A stretch of 64,000 nucleotides of DNA from contig OZ365113.1 in assembly GCA_977030845.1 (NCBI GenBank), positions 13,020,001-13,084,000 of the forward strand, given 5' to 3'. The notes beneath the pieces were generated by a model. The model did not search any database and was not told where the DNA came from. It saw only the letters and a program-made list of their open reading frames with translations. This DNA comes from Fimbriosthenelais zetlandica (lineage: Eukaryota). Each line of letters begins with the position of its first letter. The stretch's first letter is position 1. This document shows positions 10,233 to 25,200 of this stretch, piece by piece. Position numbers and translations under genes: made by a program.

Positions 10233-13200
10233 GTAGGTGTCAAATTTCTATTTTGAAATGTGTATTGGCCTTAATTGTGTATTGACTATTGCCAATACAC
10301 AATTTCAGCAATACAGATTTTCAAACTAAATGGAATGGACTCAACCTTTTATAAATTAATCTCCCCTAATTTGTAAAGGTCTAATTTTAAGAATCAATTC
10401 ATAATAGCCATCTTGTTCTGCGGAAATATAATTCGTTTTAGATATAAAATACTGGTATATGAAAATAACATTCAGTGGTTCAGTTAAATAGTCCTAGAGG
10501 TCTATAAAGGATTTATAGATACAATATTGTGTAACGCTGTGTCTGTTGAATGTTTATGTTTAAACCACTTAGATTAACCTTATATTGCCTGGCGGGATTA
10601 AATTCCATATGTTTTGACTGCCGTCATAAGGTTAGGCTCCCAGAAAAATGAGGTCAGACTGTTCTCATAGAGCTGAATGGCGGGTAATGGTGAGATGGAT
10701 TGAGGTCATGTTTCTTGGATGAAGTTTGATATATATTGACAGAGTAGTAATGGTAGCCACATGTTAGATGATGGAGCGCTTGTAGAGATGGGCTTTGTAG
10801 GTCACCTAGTCCTCGTACCTGGAGTGGCTCACCCAGGTTGCCGCCTGGAATCTAGGCTGTGTATTTTTGTTTTACGGTGGAGCCGGGCCAGACTGACAAC
10901 CTCCCACTATATATTACTCCTCTTAGGGTCAATTTGTACTCCTAGACCTTATCAGTCACATATTCAAGATATGGGGATTCAGTCAAGCCCAAGAAACCCA
11001 GGAGGTATAGCTTCGAGGTATAAATTCGGTTTTCAAACCTGTATAAATATCACTGGAAACTTTGTAGAAATATTTGTTGGTTGTTGATGATATTGTATTT
11101 CAACATACGTTGTAATCTATTAGTTTGTTCCTAGAGTTTTACTTTAAGGTTAGTTTAACTTTGGACCCTGTGAAATTTTGCATTCAAAAGTGCTGTCGAC
11201 CTTAAATTGGGATGTTATGTGCTAGACTTGTACGTAATATGACCCATGTTATTTCGTGCCTTGACCCAAACTGACATTACCAAACACCCTGCTCCTTGGA
11301 ACTGGCTATAGAAAGTTCATACCGATAAGAAAATTCTTAAGAAGACGTAGAAGGGAGATGCCTCCCTCTCCAGAACTCTCCAGAGCTCCCACTCTGGTTT
11401 CTGGCCAGGGGTTGAGGAGGGAATTCTGTGTTATTCAGGACTGAAACTTCTTTGAATTGTGAATGGCAGTGCAAAAGGCTCGCCTTCCTAATATATTTTA
11501 CTTAAGTATTTTAGCCTCTCCTTAGTCCCTAACCTTTTTACAACTTTTTTAAGGAGCACAAAATAAACACAGAAAGTTATTTTCAATGGTGAAGCAACTC
11601 GGAAATGACATTTATTCCCAACCTCTCTGCGTCGCAAAAAGAAATAAATGGATATCTTTATCTCTGTTTTTCTAACCTGAGATCCAGGTCAGAGTGTTGG
11701 GGGCTCATTTTAAACTAAATGTTTTTTCACATTCTCTGGTAGTGGACAAGGTACCTTTTGAGACATATTCTACCATATTTCAGACAGGTGAAGATTCTGT
11801 GCCTGAACTGTGTCAGTGTATTGTCTTGAGACTTCCAATAGGTCGATTTTTTATTGTAATTTGATATTCTTGAATCATAATCAAGGAAAAATATCAGGAA
11901 TGTTGATTGAAGTTTATAAGATTGCTCAATCATGGAGGATCTATGATTTTTTGATGATGACCTAGTGTGATGTGGTTATAATGGAGCCTCTGTCTAGGTC
12001 GTTGTTTTTTTGGTTCTTGTAAACATCCCATACTGGTATAGAAGGGATTGAAATGGTGCAGGATCTGACTCGGGACCTGTCAGATAGATTAGAAGATAGA
12101 TTAGATGTGTTTACTTTGATTTACTAAAGGATCTATCAGCATCTGGGATCAGGTTGATTGGTGGAGAAGGGTGTCTGGGCTCAAAGCAGAGTAGATTCAG
12201 AACCAGCCGAATATTTCCCGTATATAAATGAGACTCCAAAAAAGCGCTTAAATTATACAATAGGCAGGAAGGAAATCCAAATAGCCATGTCAAGGTTGAG
12301 GCACATAAACCTGTATCCCTGGGGATATGTATTGACAGGCTGAACGTGTAACAATGTTAACCTTTAATTTAAACCTTATATAGGTTAATTTCAGTAGTGA
12401 GTAAATGGATCAATCGTTAGTACACCCCGGGGGCCTATTTCATAATGGATGATATTAATATCGATTATGAAATTACTGTATTGTATTATAAAGCTGGCAC
12501 CTGTTCACTCCTGACCAGAGTTCATCTGTAACTCAACCTTTGATTCCTCAAGCCTGGTCAAGGCCGTGATCCCTTATACATCCTCTGTAACAACAACAAA
12601 GCCAACAACAACAACAACAACAACAACTGTACATCAAAAACAAAAACATATTTGATTATTTCTGTCTCATTGGAGCTTAGCTTTTCATTGGTGGGATGTA
12701 ATAGAGATAAAAGCCATTAATGTGCATTGTAAGATCTTTAGGTCTTTCGGTAGTGGGGATGAAAGTTGCAGCCATATCCAAGGTTCTCCTCAGTACGTTA
12801 TGGTTCGTGTCTGAAGCAGGGTGAGGTCGCTTTGAATGATGATATTGGCCCTTTGAACTTCAGGTCTGAAGAGAAAGCTAATGCCAGTCTCCAACCTTGG
12901 CACGAATACCTCACAACAGTGGTAGACACACTGAGACCCAGGCCTCTTACCATGAAGACAATACTGAATGCATGACTAAGGCCTATAGTCTCTATAATTG
13001 TATGCATATATGCTCTAGTTATCTTACTAATAATATCCCCTCTATACTTTCTCACCGTATTGTTATATCGAGCCCCTACAGGATCCTTTCTCAGTACTGA
13101 TGCATTAAGATGAACCGGTCTTAACATTTGTGATTTACAATATATTTTGAAGTTCTACAACTCCTGTTTTTTCTCCAGATCCATAGACATCTCTCAGGTA

Positions 13201-16200
13201 TTGTTATAATTGCGAAATTTAAGTTAGATCAGATTTTTTCTAGAGTGGTAAGATTGTCAGACACTTCTGGTCTGTGAAAGGAATTTCCTTGTGTAAGGTT
13301 GTGTGTGTGACTTGACAAGCTACATACCAACCTAGGTCTTGAATGAAAGAACCCTCCCAACTTTCATGTCAGGTCAATACTCGCAATACTCAAACCGAAT
13401 GCCACGTGAGAGTAATACTGATTTAACACGACAAACCCCTCAATACAAATAATGGCTTAGTTGAATCTGTGTTTGCCTCACTTTGTGCCATTTTCACAAT
13501 GGAGGGATATAAAACAGTTCACATAATTGTCAAGGTAAAATACTACATGATAGTCAGGCTCTTTAATGTACTGTATTGTCTTTTACATTGATACATGTGT
13601 ACTGGAGGATTGAGGGTCAAAGATTGAGGACAAAGGGCTGATGTAATTTGAAGGTTCATCAAGTGTATGTTATGAAGGGAGTGTTTAGTGATGGGTTCAG
13701 ACTCAGTTACATCCATTCTGAACTTCACTGAATTATCAAACATCACGAGTTGATGACAATAGAAATGGTCACCTCATGTTACAGGCTATCCGATTGCATT
13801 TGATGTGATGACATTTTAAATATTCTATAATACATGTAGAACTGTATGTAGAAATATGTCCAATCACTTATCATTGAAGTACCAATGTCACATGTGAGAT
13901 ATTGGTTTCGTGCTTCTATCCAGTTATATTCCTTCGATTCCTACTACAATTCACGAACAATTGGTTTCTTTACTTCATTTTTTTTAATCAGTTTTTCCTA
14001 TTTACCCATCTACTTGTTTCCCTCTTCTCTCACTACCTCATTTTTTTGTCTCCTCTCATACCATCGTTGCCTCTTCTCCGTTTTCTCATCTACCCCTCTC
14101 CTTTCCTCATTCTCATGGTAATTTGCCATTGTTCTAGGCACAGAGCCTTTAACTCCATGGAGTTCTATCAATCTGAGCATACGGCAGGCGGCCTCATCTT
14201 GCCTTGGATATTCTCCATACACGAGGGAGAAGCTCTATACCAGCACACTCTACACCGCCTATATATCTGTATATTTCTACTATGGCTGACACTCCTGCCT
14301 TTCACTGATTGTATACTTGTACAAACAACAACACGAGCCGGAGACCTACTTTATCGGGATCAGCTGGCTGCTTGTAATATATGGCTGCTACTGCCACATA
14401 AATTGATATACAGAAAAAAATAGCTTAGGGTTGATCATAGAACTTTAAACATTCAACTTAAAAAAATCTGCATGTTACACTTCACCTGATCTGAATGTCT
14501 ATGGAAATAAGTTTTCTTCCATCCTCAGGAAATTCCCAAGCCTTACGAAAATTGATTTAAGCAAAGAATGTGGGACTTCCAACCAGTTCTGATGCAGATG
14601 TGAATTTTACATTCAAAACCAGGGGGACATCCCATGTCTTGTGTAGAGTGTATAATATTTCCTTTGTCCTCTTTCTGCCAGGCAGGTCTCTATTCATATG
14701 ACAGCATCTGTTGCTTTTCCCCAGTATCCTATTTTTAGCCTCCAACCCCCTTTCCCTACTCCTTGTGACTACTTGTTGTATACAAAGTATCGTTGTTGTC
14801 TATAGTGTCGAGTAACCTTGTTTGATGTTGCTGTATAAAGTGGTTACATGGATCCACTAAACAATAGGTCACAATCCTCACCTTACACCTACATGACATT
14901 TACTTCCCATTCTAAAACTTCCCAGTTGAATACTTTTGAAAGGTCTTCTTTCTTTATATTCCGAATCTGAGTGATCATGCATCAAATGCATTTGATTCTC
15001 CCAGGAATACTTTTATTTGGTTTGTGTGTGATTGTAGAAATTGTAGAAAGAACCTTTGTATTTTATTTGATCGTATAAGTTATGAATGCATGTATACAAT
15101 ACATGTACTACTTGACCGTTGAGGTGTACGCCTCTCTCATCTTACTGTTACTCACTGAAATGAAAGCATCAGGTGGAAACGTGGGTGGTAGCAGAAAAAA
15201 TAATGAATTAGCATCCCCCCCTGCCCATGAGTAATACCAGTAGAAGCCTGGATGTCTTTTTGTCTGGGCCCAGATGATGAGATCGATGAGTGATATGACT
15301 CACTGCCTTTGTGACATCGCCGTCCATGTTGTGGTTTTGGGTACTCTCGCCCCCCTTTGATCTGTTTTAAGTTAAATGACAAGAGGAAAACAAGCCAAAC
15401 CTCCCTCTCTTGTCACATAAGCCATACATATATATATCTCTATGATGAATAAATGCACTCAATGTCAGTCTTATCCCGCTTCAAGCATTCCCTCTTCAAG
15501 ATCTGTAAGTCACTGTTCTGCTTAAAAAATCCCAGTTCAGGATATGGGAAAAGTGTACATCTCCATCAGCTTTTATGTTTGGAGAGTTTTACTTGTCAAG
15601 GACATGAGTTGGCGTCAGTGTACTTGACAAGTGAAGAAATGATGGCCTTACATTGGGACAAAGCTTTGACATCTCTCAACCGTGCAAGTCCCTCTACAGT
15701 CTCTGTCAGATTTCTATTCTGACCCTATAATGATAAAATGTTGAAGTTTTTGATGCAATTGTTCCATGTCTAAAATGACATGACATGGTATTTATCATTA
15801 ATTTAAGCAGTAGGGATTCTATATATTTCAATGCAGGTGACCTAAGATGACTCCAATCCATGATGACAAATGTGGGAAGTCAGTTTAGGTTTAAACCAGA
15901 GAACCTGGTCTAACTTATACCAGTAGTGGATACTGGATAGAGGGCCTGTTTAGCCTGGAGCCAACCAATGAGCTGTGATCTTCACCAGTTTATACCACTC
16001 ATGTACTGATGTAGTCACAACTGGCCACTAGCCAGCCGATTACGACGGACACCCAGTCACAAGATTCATCTGTCATCCCATATTTCTACATTATGCCATT
16101 CCATAAATGTTAGTGTCAAACTCCTTAACGTATTTTGATATTCCTTCCTGACATTTTGAATCAAAATGTTGTATGAGGAACGCTTCAACACTTACAGTGA

Positions 16201-19200
16201 CTTGTTTCACTACAAACCCAATGGTTTAAGGAAGCAGTGAATGCATTCTATTGTATTGTGCAACAGAAGGTGTTCTGACATTACTATGAACAGAACTCAT
16301 TAGAGAATAAAGAAGCTCGCTGAGCGTGGGATTTCCGTACTGTTGCAGCAGATGTTGGCCATTGCCTGCACATATTTACGTGGAACTGCTATAGGTCTGA
16401 ACATATAAGTGCCGTGGGGGCATTTTAGCCATTACCAGTTTCTACCAGTCTTTTTTTACCTCCCACCACTCAACCTGCCATAGCATCCTACCATTCCCTG
16501 ACTTGCCACACCCTTTCTCTGGCCGGGCCTTGTAGCCCCAGGCCTTGGTGGGGGTGGGGGTGGAGGGTAGACTCAGATGGAATACCTTTACCTTCTGGAA
16601 ACCCCTCATTTGAGCATCACCTTCCACCCTCTCTGCCTCCTGGGCTGGAAACCCTGGCAGAATTTATAGTTCATGTCTGGACCTCCTTAGACGATATTAA
16701 TAATTCTTAGATGCATGAGAACACAAAGATACATTGCTGAGGAGAAATCACTCATTTAACTATTTTCCTTGGAAATGAATTGCTCCAAGCACTTCCCACC
16801 AGGCAGCAGAAATATAGAATGAAGAATTCTCGGAAATATGCCATCAATTATTGTCAAAATGATGACAAGCGACGAGAATGTTTCATTGTAGCCTTCAGCA
16901 ATGTATCAAAATTATTGACCATGTGTTGCTCATTCGATGTAATAACACTCAGACGTTTTAGGATCTATACATGAAATATCGATTTGATTTTCCAAAAATG
17001 AACTATACTGTAGGCATGGATAGACTTTGTGTGATTTACAAAGGTTCTTTATTTTAAAAGTCCGTTCACTGTCAATATTTTAATTTATTGATATGGATCC
17101 AAAAGAAATAGTGAATCACCACTTGCCTTCGGAATAGTATATTCATATTTATAGAACCATTGTATCTTCTTCTCTTGTCCCAGATTATTGAAACATTTGC
17201 ATGTTTGGGGCCTTAAGTGGTTTGGATCTTCGTCTAAGAAATGTCTTGGAATTGTTATTTACCATAACACGCTCTTCGTGATCATATACATCAGTGAAGT
17301 GCCGCAGAGCCAGTCTACATCTTTTGACTTCTCACATGTGGGTCAGCCAGCATGGTTTCCGCTTGTAGTGTGATGCCTCATACTGGTAAACCTGCTGCTA
17401 TATCTGCATGTACAGAAGTCATTCGTACCTCTCACATGTCTAACCAAGTCTGAAATTTCCATAAGGCCTCTAAGTTTGTTTTTTCAGCTTCAACATGACA
17501 AAATATCAGCCATGTGCATGGTCCCCTGTGGCGATTTTCTTGTAAAGATTTCTCCTGTACTGGCCCTGGTTGTTCTCCTTGAGTGCTTCATAATAATCTT
17601 CCATACTTCAACATGTCACTTGGTAATTCACTTTCAGTGGCTATAGTTGAGAATTTGGACGCATTTTATTTATTGTCTGGTTGATAGAGGGGAGGCCTGT
17701 ACAGGGAGGAAGTAACATTTGAACATTTTACAGGTCAGACCCCGGTACTCATGACCTCTTTTCCTCAAAATATTCCAGAAAATACTTGGAGCCATGGAAG
17801 TCTGGACTCGCATTCACAACGTTAGCACACTCACGAGTGGGAGTATTTATGTTGGAGGGCACTGGGGGCTTGGTTCCAAGTCTTAAAGTCTGGAAGTATG
17901 ATCAATATAATACGGGCATTATCAAGTTGACTTTTTGCTTCCTTTCTGGTTATGACAACTTATCTTCATGGTGCAGGTCTGCCTACTTCACTTCTTCAGA
18001 GTCGTGGGTTATAAAAATGATAATTATCCAATAGAAATGTCTGTATGACTTTAATCATTTTGTCATGTACACGTCTACTTGGTTTTGATGTATTTAGAGT
18101 TGATCTCTATATTATCTGTTTTGTCTGAGCCTCTGCAGGCTTTGCTAGTCATGCACCTGGCCTGTTCTGTGACAAGTATTATCAGCTTTGCATGTGGTCA
18201 TCACCGTAGTTGAGCAACTCAGTGCTTGGCTTGAACTGCTCACCCCGTGCCTGCATTATTGTATTATTGACATATGTCTGGCTAATCAGACCTTGGTGTG
18301 GCTGACACAAAGGTATAGGCAACCATTGGCTCTCCCTGAACCCACCAAGCCAGAATGCCAGGTTGGGTTCAGTATATACTGACTGTTATTCTTATTAACA
18401 ATCAATAATGTCTTCTGAAGCTTCATAGATCGTTCGCATTAGTTACGTGTCTATGTAATCAGGGAAGCCTAGGGTGAAAATATTGATCCCGGACAATCAA
18501 ATGGGGCACAATATGAATTATGTATTATAGATCTATCGGTGTGCTTTTATTTAACATAAGCATAAGCCACTCGCTTTTGTTTTTTCTTGTAAATTAAGAT
18601 AAAACTAGAACCATTTCTGTTTCATCTCGATTAGACCAGTGTAATTACTATGAAAGGGAATACAATCATTTAATCAGTAAAAAAAATCCCTGTTGAAATC
18701 TACCACAGCCTTGCTGCTCGCTCAGCTGCCTTGCTCATTCCCGCCAACTCTGCAGCATTGGTTCTAGAGTTTTCCATTTCTAGTATATTTTTTCTTGTTG
18801 ATTCGCATAGACGTTTTCCTTCTTTTCTCTCCACGAGGAATTGATTTAGGCTGACTATGCCTGTCGAGTATGAAACTGGGGAGATATTTACTCTCCTATT
18901 TTTGATTTCTCAGACTGTTTTTCTCCGTCCTTTTTTCACTCAGCGACTGTTGGCCAAGTTTGTCTTTGATTACTTCCTTTGCTGCTTGAATGCGCTGCGA
19001 ATCTAAGAGCATGGCCTTTGCCTCTTTTTACTATAGTTTATTAATTCCTATGCTCAGTGTGGACAGCTGAATGAGTATAAAGGTCTTCCGTCAATCTTTT
19101 TTATTCCATATCTTTACTTTGGTTTTTATGCTTAAACCAATACACTACCCATGTGCAATAACTTTTCATTAAATTATACTGCACCAAACCATTGAAGTAT

Positions 19201-22200
19201 AGTTGAATGTGCCTATAGCTGGTGATGGCCGTCTGTGGGCAGGGATTTGACCACAGTAAATGAGCACTTCCATGATCCATCAAGCCCTTCCTCCCACACC
19301 TGACCTCTCCATCGATTCATCATTACAAGGCCCCTCATGAAACCCGACCCTAACCGGGCCTGCTGCATATGACACAGCCCTAGAAAAAATACCTGCTGGA
19401 ATCTGAAATATGGCAGACCCCAATTTCTTCTGCATCATCACTTGTTATGACCAAGATAAACGCTGGTGCTTGGGGGGATTTAACCTCGAATGCTGGCAGC
19501 CACCGGACCAAAGCCTGGCCATTTCTCTCCATCTCCCGTCCAATTACTCATCTGTTTAGGGCCCCCAAGGGCGTTCAGAAAGAAAATAAGCTGGGAAAAT
19601 AAAGGCAGGAGTGACAAACTTTGTGTTTTCAACTCCATTTCTCGTTACATGGACAATTTATGCTTTCCTTGAAGTGGGAACTGAAGGTTAGCACAACTGG
19701 TTGTGACCTTTAAGGCCGTATTTGGTCAATGGAAGGCGCGTTTCCTATGTTTTACGGCGGAGACATGGCTTGTTAGTATCAATACCTATTGTGATTTGTT
19801 AGTGCGGTCTGTTCTCAGTGTGGTGTAGTTATTCTCACATCATGGACTGTTATTAACCGCTGGCTGAATGTTGTGTAAAATGTGTATGTGACGTAAATCT
19901 TATCAGGTGTTTTGTATGTTTTGGCCTGTTTGGTCTCATTTATCTGTGAGCTGATTTATATGGTCGCTGATCCAGTTTGCCTCTGGCAGTCTGTACGGCT
20001 ATATGGCCAGAACGGATGGAGACCAATAAAGAGGATATATTATGTGTGATTGGCATCTTGATCATGTCAGAGGAGAGCTCCGATTGGAGGCCCAGGGATC
20101 ACGTGTGGCTCAAGGCTTATACCAGTACAATAAATGCTATTATTGGGGATTACATCTTTGCTTACCTTGCATGTATACTATAATGCAAGCAGCTGCACCG
20201 TTCTTTTACACCTTAAATGTTCAGGTAGATTGTTAGAGCCCATGAATTTTAAGATGAAAACAAAGATATTTGAGGTGTTGTATAGCACATGTAACAGATA
20301 GCACTCCAGATCGGAAGACATCAAACAGGAAAGAACTTTCAACTCTGTAGTACATTCCAATACTGAGATTGGTATACGATATACTTATACTGGAGTTTTG
20401 TACTTGACAAGTACTTGAAGGTGGATACATTCTGCAGTGTGATCGCCTTCAAAATCTCAGCAAGGAATGTAAGGGTCAACTGGGTGCACCCTACTGAAAT
20501 TTCAGTATAGATTGGAAATGGATACATTGGTGCATTGCTTCTGGGTAGCAACCTCTTGTCAGATCACTTTCAATACCAGGCTCATGGAGGTGATAATGAT
20601 TTAAATAGTACCTTCTACCATCTTGGCAAGTTATTCCTCTTTTTTTTTTATGAAAACAGGAAAAAATGTTGGTTTGAATCAACGTTTCTTAACCCACTGA
20701 CCCTGGCTCCCTTCACATTTTGAAGATTCAATTTAGCATCAATATTTACGTCTGCTTTGTCCCAGGAGGGCCAAAAGAGGCTCGTCAGATTTGAATCGGG
20801 GAATGGAGTGAGAACTAAATTTGTTAGGCATTTGCATATCTGGCGCCCAGACCATTCGATCAATGTGCTGCATAGAGCTAGTGGGCGGTGTCTACTTAAT
20901 TACCTGGTGATAATTCGTGCAAAAATGGCACCACATTTAATCACTCTTTTATTGAATTCCAAAATATCTGCAACGTATTAATGAAAATTTAGCAATATTC
21001 ATACTGGGTCGCGGTGTACAATAATATCTTGGACCAGATGGTCTGAAACAGATAAATGCCATTCATGGAATGAGCAATTAATGTGTCGACTGAATCAGAT
21101 AGATCCATATTCATGGACCATGATAAAGCTGCTAATTGTTGGTAGATTGTGGTTGATGTCCTGTTGCATATTTTCTCAATTACAACATGGCTGATATGAA
21201 TTGATAAAAAAGATCTTTGTCATGCCTGGTTCACTTTGCTTGATGAACAGAATGATCAATAGCCTCGCAGGAAATCCCTGATCATATGCAGTAGAATAAA
21301 GACCCTATTTAGATGCAGTGGGATTACATCATGGTAGCCCAACCCACGTACGTGTCTCCCAATGCACAAGACATACCCAATCGCCTGACCTGTTACATTT
21401 AATATTGCCGCTAGGGGCAGGGTTAAAAAATATCGTTGCCCGTATTTAATCGGTTTCCATGGAGATCTGAAGGGGGATTTCAATGTTGCTGGGCACACCA
21501 GTTGTGATTTATGATAGGACCGAACACTTGCTGATTAACTAGTTTTCCAACCCCCCTATTAGTGGACAGCTTTCCAGTAATAATATCATAATTTGTAATT
21601 AGTGGGTAGTAGTATAACAAATTGTGCTATCACCCAGGATTCTCACAAAGGCGCCTCTGTTTCAGAGTTACGATAAAAAGACAATCATCCACTCCACTAA
21701 ATGTATTCTGTAGAAGTTACTTTTCTGCCGAACAAAAAAAATCCATTGGTGTTTGGTTGTGACTTGACAACGACCTCCTCTCAGACATCTATAAACACAT
21801 ACATTGCTTGCCAGTAGCTTGATCCCGGCCAGGTCTGGTCCTGGCACTGCCCGGGGCTGAATTCTACAGTGAAAGACATTGTGACCAGACTAAGGAAGGT
21901 AATAGAGGCACATTTCAAAGTAGAGTTCTCTTCTTGCTGGTGAAATTGAAATATCTGGCGATCCTTTAATACACCATATAGTATACCATCTCCTTTCCTA
22001 TATTTGGTGCAATGTCTGAGCTCCACAAACCAGGAAACCTTCTTTAATACATTCTCCTGTATAATATGACTTCTAATGGTGTCACAGGTCGTCTGTTTTG
22101 TCTTTGTCGTCAGCCAGCCCGTGTCTTATCCACGGACATCTCTTATCTGTCTTAGTTATGTAGGACTCAGGCTGATGTTTTGTGATAGGTATGACAGAAA

Positions 22201-25200
22201 ATATTCCCCTATCATGCCATATCCATTCAGTAATGGCCTGGAGATATTGCCATCTCTAATGAATGGGGCTTGTCCCTGTGGAGAAAGGGGCCTTTCTACC
22301 CGCTACCCTTCATTAATCTTCGCCACTTCCCACCAAACCCACCCGTTCCTATACACCTTACATTATTCATCTCCTATACCACCAGTCACACCCCCCTGGA
22401 GACAAATCATTTTCAGAGCAAAATGACTTAAATCCCTCAAGGATCTAGCTTTTACTTATGATTGTTGAGCATATTAATTAGATAGAATGATAAACGATCA
22501 TAGATGTAAATTGGGTCGCTGTCTTATCAGCCTCGTTGAGGATTATGGGATTAATAATGACGTACAAGCCATGGTAATCCTCTCTAGGATGACACCCTGT
22601 CTTCTGCTGGATCTATCTTGCATGTCAGTTGACAGAATGTCACTATTCGTTTGGTAGTGACCAACAAGGATGTCGCCTCATTCAAACACGAATTCGTGTC
22701 AAGTCTCTTTGGCCTTCTGGGATTTCTCCTCGCCAGATGCCGCATCAGGCCTGGGTACTCACACCATACACACACACACACTAATCTATTTACCACCAAT
22801 CAGAACGTGTTGATTGCTTTGCTGCCGACCTGCTTCCTGCTTTTGATTGGCTGATGAGTGATCCTCTCTGCGCATGCACGGCTGAAGGTCTTGTGACCTT
22901 CATGGACGGCCAGTGGGTTGTGGGACCCTCTGGGTTGATATTGGTGGTTAGCTTTAATGATATTGATATCAACTTCATGCCTCCGGGACTGAAAAATCTC
23001 TTCCACAGAGTTATAGTATAATTTCATAAACCTTGGCTTGGATAAAATTTGATATTTCCATAAACGTACATGCCGGTAGTTCTTGTGTAGCCTACTCTGG
23101 TAAGGCATGGAGTCTATGCAACAGTAATTAAAGATGGCAAAGACCTATAGGCCTATACATATATAATATATGCTTTATGATACATACTTAAGTATTCATC
23201 ACTCATCGACCCTGATGGGAAAGTGGTGGGTATACAGCAAGTGCTATTGATTTGGGAGATATATGATCAGAGGTTTACTGTAAGAAGTAGTTGTTCATGC
23301 GTGCAGGCCGACCACATTGCTGTCTCAGACCCCCTCCTTAGATGATTCACTTGGCTTCCTCCGCTTCGTGACGTCCAGGCACAAAAAGCCATGTTCCAAT
23401 CAACAGAGCTTCATTGCACCACTGCTTCCCTCGTGTATTTGTTGTACTCGTCGAATCAAGATGTTGCTTCCCCATGAACTCCTCTGATCTCCCACTGCAT
23501 GTAAGGGCAAATGTAGACGACAGTAACTAAAATATTTCAGGGTGAAACCCCACATAAGCCTTCACAGTATCTTCACCATCCTTCTAAAAAGTTTGCATGA
23601 AAAGTGCATTTAAAACTTGTAAGAGGAAGGCTATGTAGGAAGAAAGGCTGAGACCAAGAATCCACACCTGGTGCTGAAGACACTTGTATCTAGTACTTGA
23701 TTGGCTCTTCCCAGTCACGTGTTCAGTCGTCCGATGCTAGTGAGCCATTTGCCACAAAGCCAGACTAAACCATTTATACGTTCAAGGATGGAAAAAAAAT
23801 GTGATTAGTTCAGATAATTGATGTCCTTCTGTCTAGAAAGAACTGTCTGAGTTAGTTGTAATTTGAAGCAGCTGCTCCACGAGTAGAATACCCGTATTGT
23901 TTAGGTGCATTTTGTATCCACAGGAAGGGAAGAGTTTGATCTTTCTCAAGCAGTAATATGGGTTTACCTGTAGAGGTAATATCTTCAGTTTCAATGGTTC
24001 TTTATCTCAATAACGATGATAATGTAATACCATAAAGCAGAATAAAATCTTTCCACTATCTTTTTACAGTTGTTCAAAGGAGACTTTCTGTTCTTCAAAT
24101 TATGTATAGGTTATAGGCAAAAATAGGTCTATGCATTCTCAATGGCAACAAGTGGCAAAAAACCAACATTAGAAGTTGGCTCTTGTTCAAACATTATCCC
24201 CAAAACAAAGTTGAAATAACCACGGCCAGGATTCTATCATTGAGAATTCATTCACGTGTCGGCATCGTTAAAAGGCCTAACCTTTGGTTACATTTATCGT
24301 TGGCCAGATTCCCATTGGCCCACACATCACGCCCGACTACCTTCCTCAAACTTCTATGACAGTCATCCTCAGGATTATTTCACATCAATTTATGTGAAAT
24401 ATTCCACCCCGATGTTAGATTTTCATCCTAACTACTATAGATAATTATACTCGCCAAATTACAAAGACACTACATTTTAATCAGCATTTAATCAGGGTAA
24501 TAGACTATTATTTTTTATGGTAAATCGATATACAAAATCATATCCTTCATGAGAAACTTGAAATATCATTGCATTTGTGTTAATGTTGCTGTTTTCTGAC
24601 GGCGGCTAATAGAATAATATAGCTGTTATCACCTGTGACAATCTATGAACTTTAAATTCACGTGCCGCCGTAAGAACAACACATGTCCGCTATACAGAAT
24701 GAATGAGCAGTTACACGGCCATTTTTGACATATATGGATTTAGTGGCGAGTGGTGAGGGAGCACTTGTCAGTTATGTTAGGGAATATTGGACTGATACAT
24801 ATAAATGTCCCCTAGAGTATGGCTTCTTATACATACTGTATCACTGACGGCCAGATAGAGCATCAGAAAGGATCAATCTTGCAGACAACTACTGCATAAA
24901 ATACCTACAGTCAGAACAAGTGAGATGAGTGTTCACCGCCTTTCTTGGCCTATACCAGTAACAGTCATTCTCCTCCCATCTACTCTTTGTATTCCATCCT
25001 GCAGGCTCCTGGGGATCAAATTATTAGGGAAATATATAGACAAGAACGATATGCATACATGTCTAGGCATAATCTGGCATATAATTCACGTTACATGAAC
25101 TCTAAAACGTTCATTAAGAAATTAATAGAAATGGAAAGGAAAAGTGTATTGTCTTCACCAAACCTGAGAATGTAACAAAGTCTGTAGAAATTATCCATAC

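Noticed and set aside
13885-14423. 173-aa hydrophobic ORF suggesting a membrane protein or GPCR piece
   Set aside because: The hydrophobicity comes from a long pyrimidine-rich low-complexity tract; there are no receptor motifs.
21406-21420. CTCF-like motifs (here and at about 38119-38133)
   Set aside because: Each deviates from the core consensus, and such words are common in aquatic-animal MITEs.
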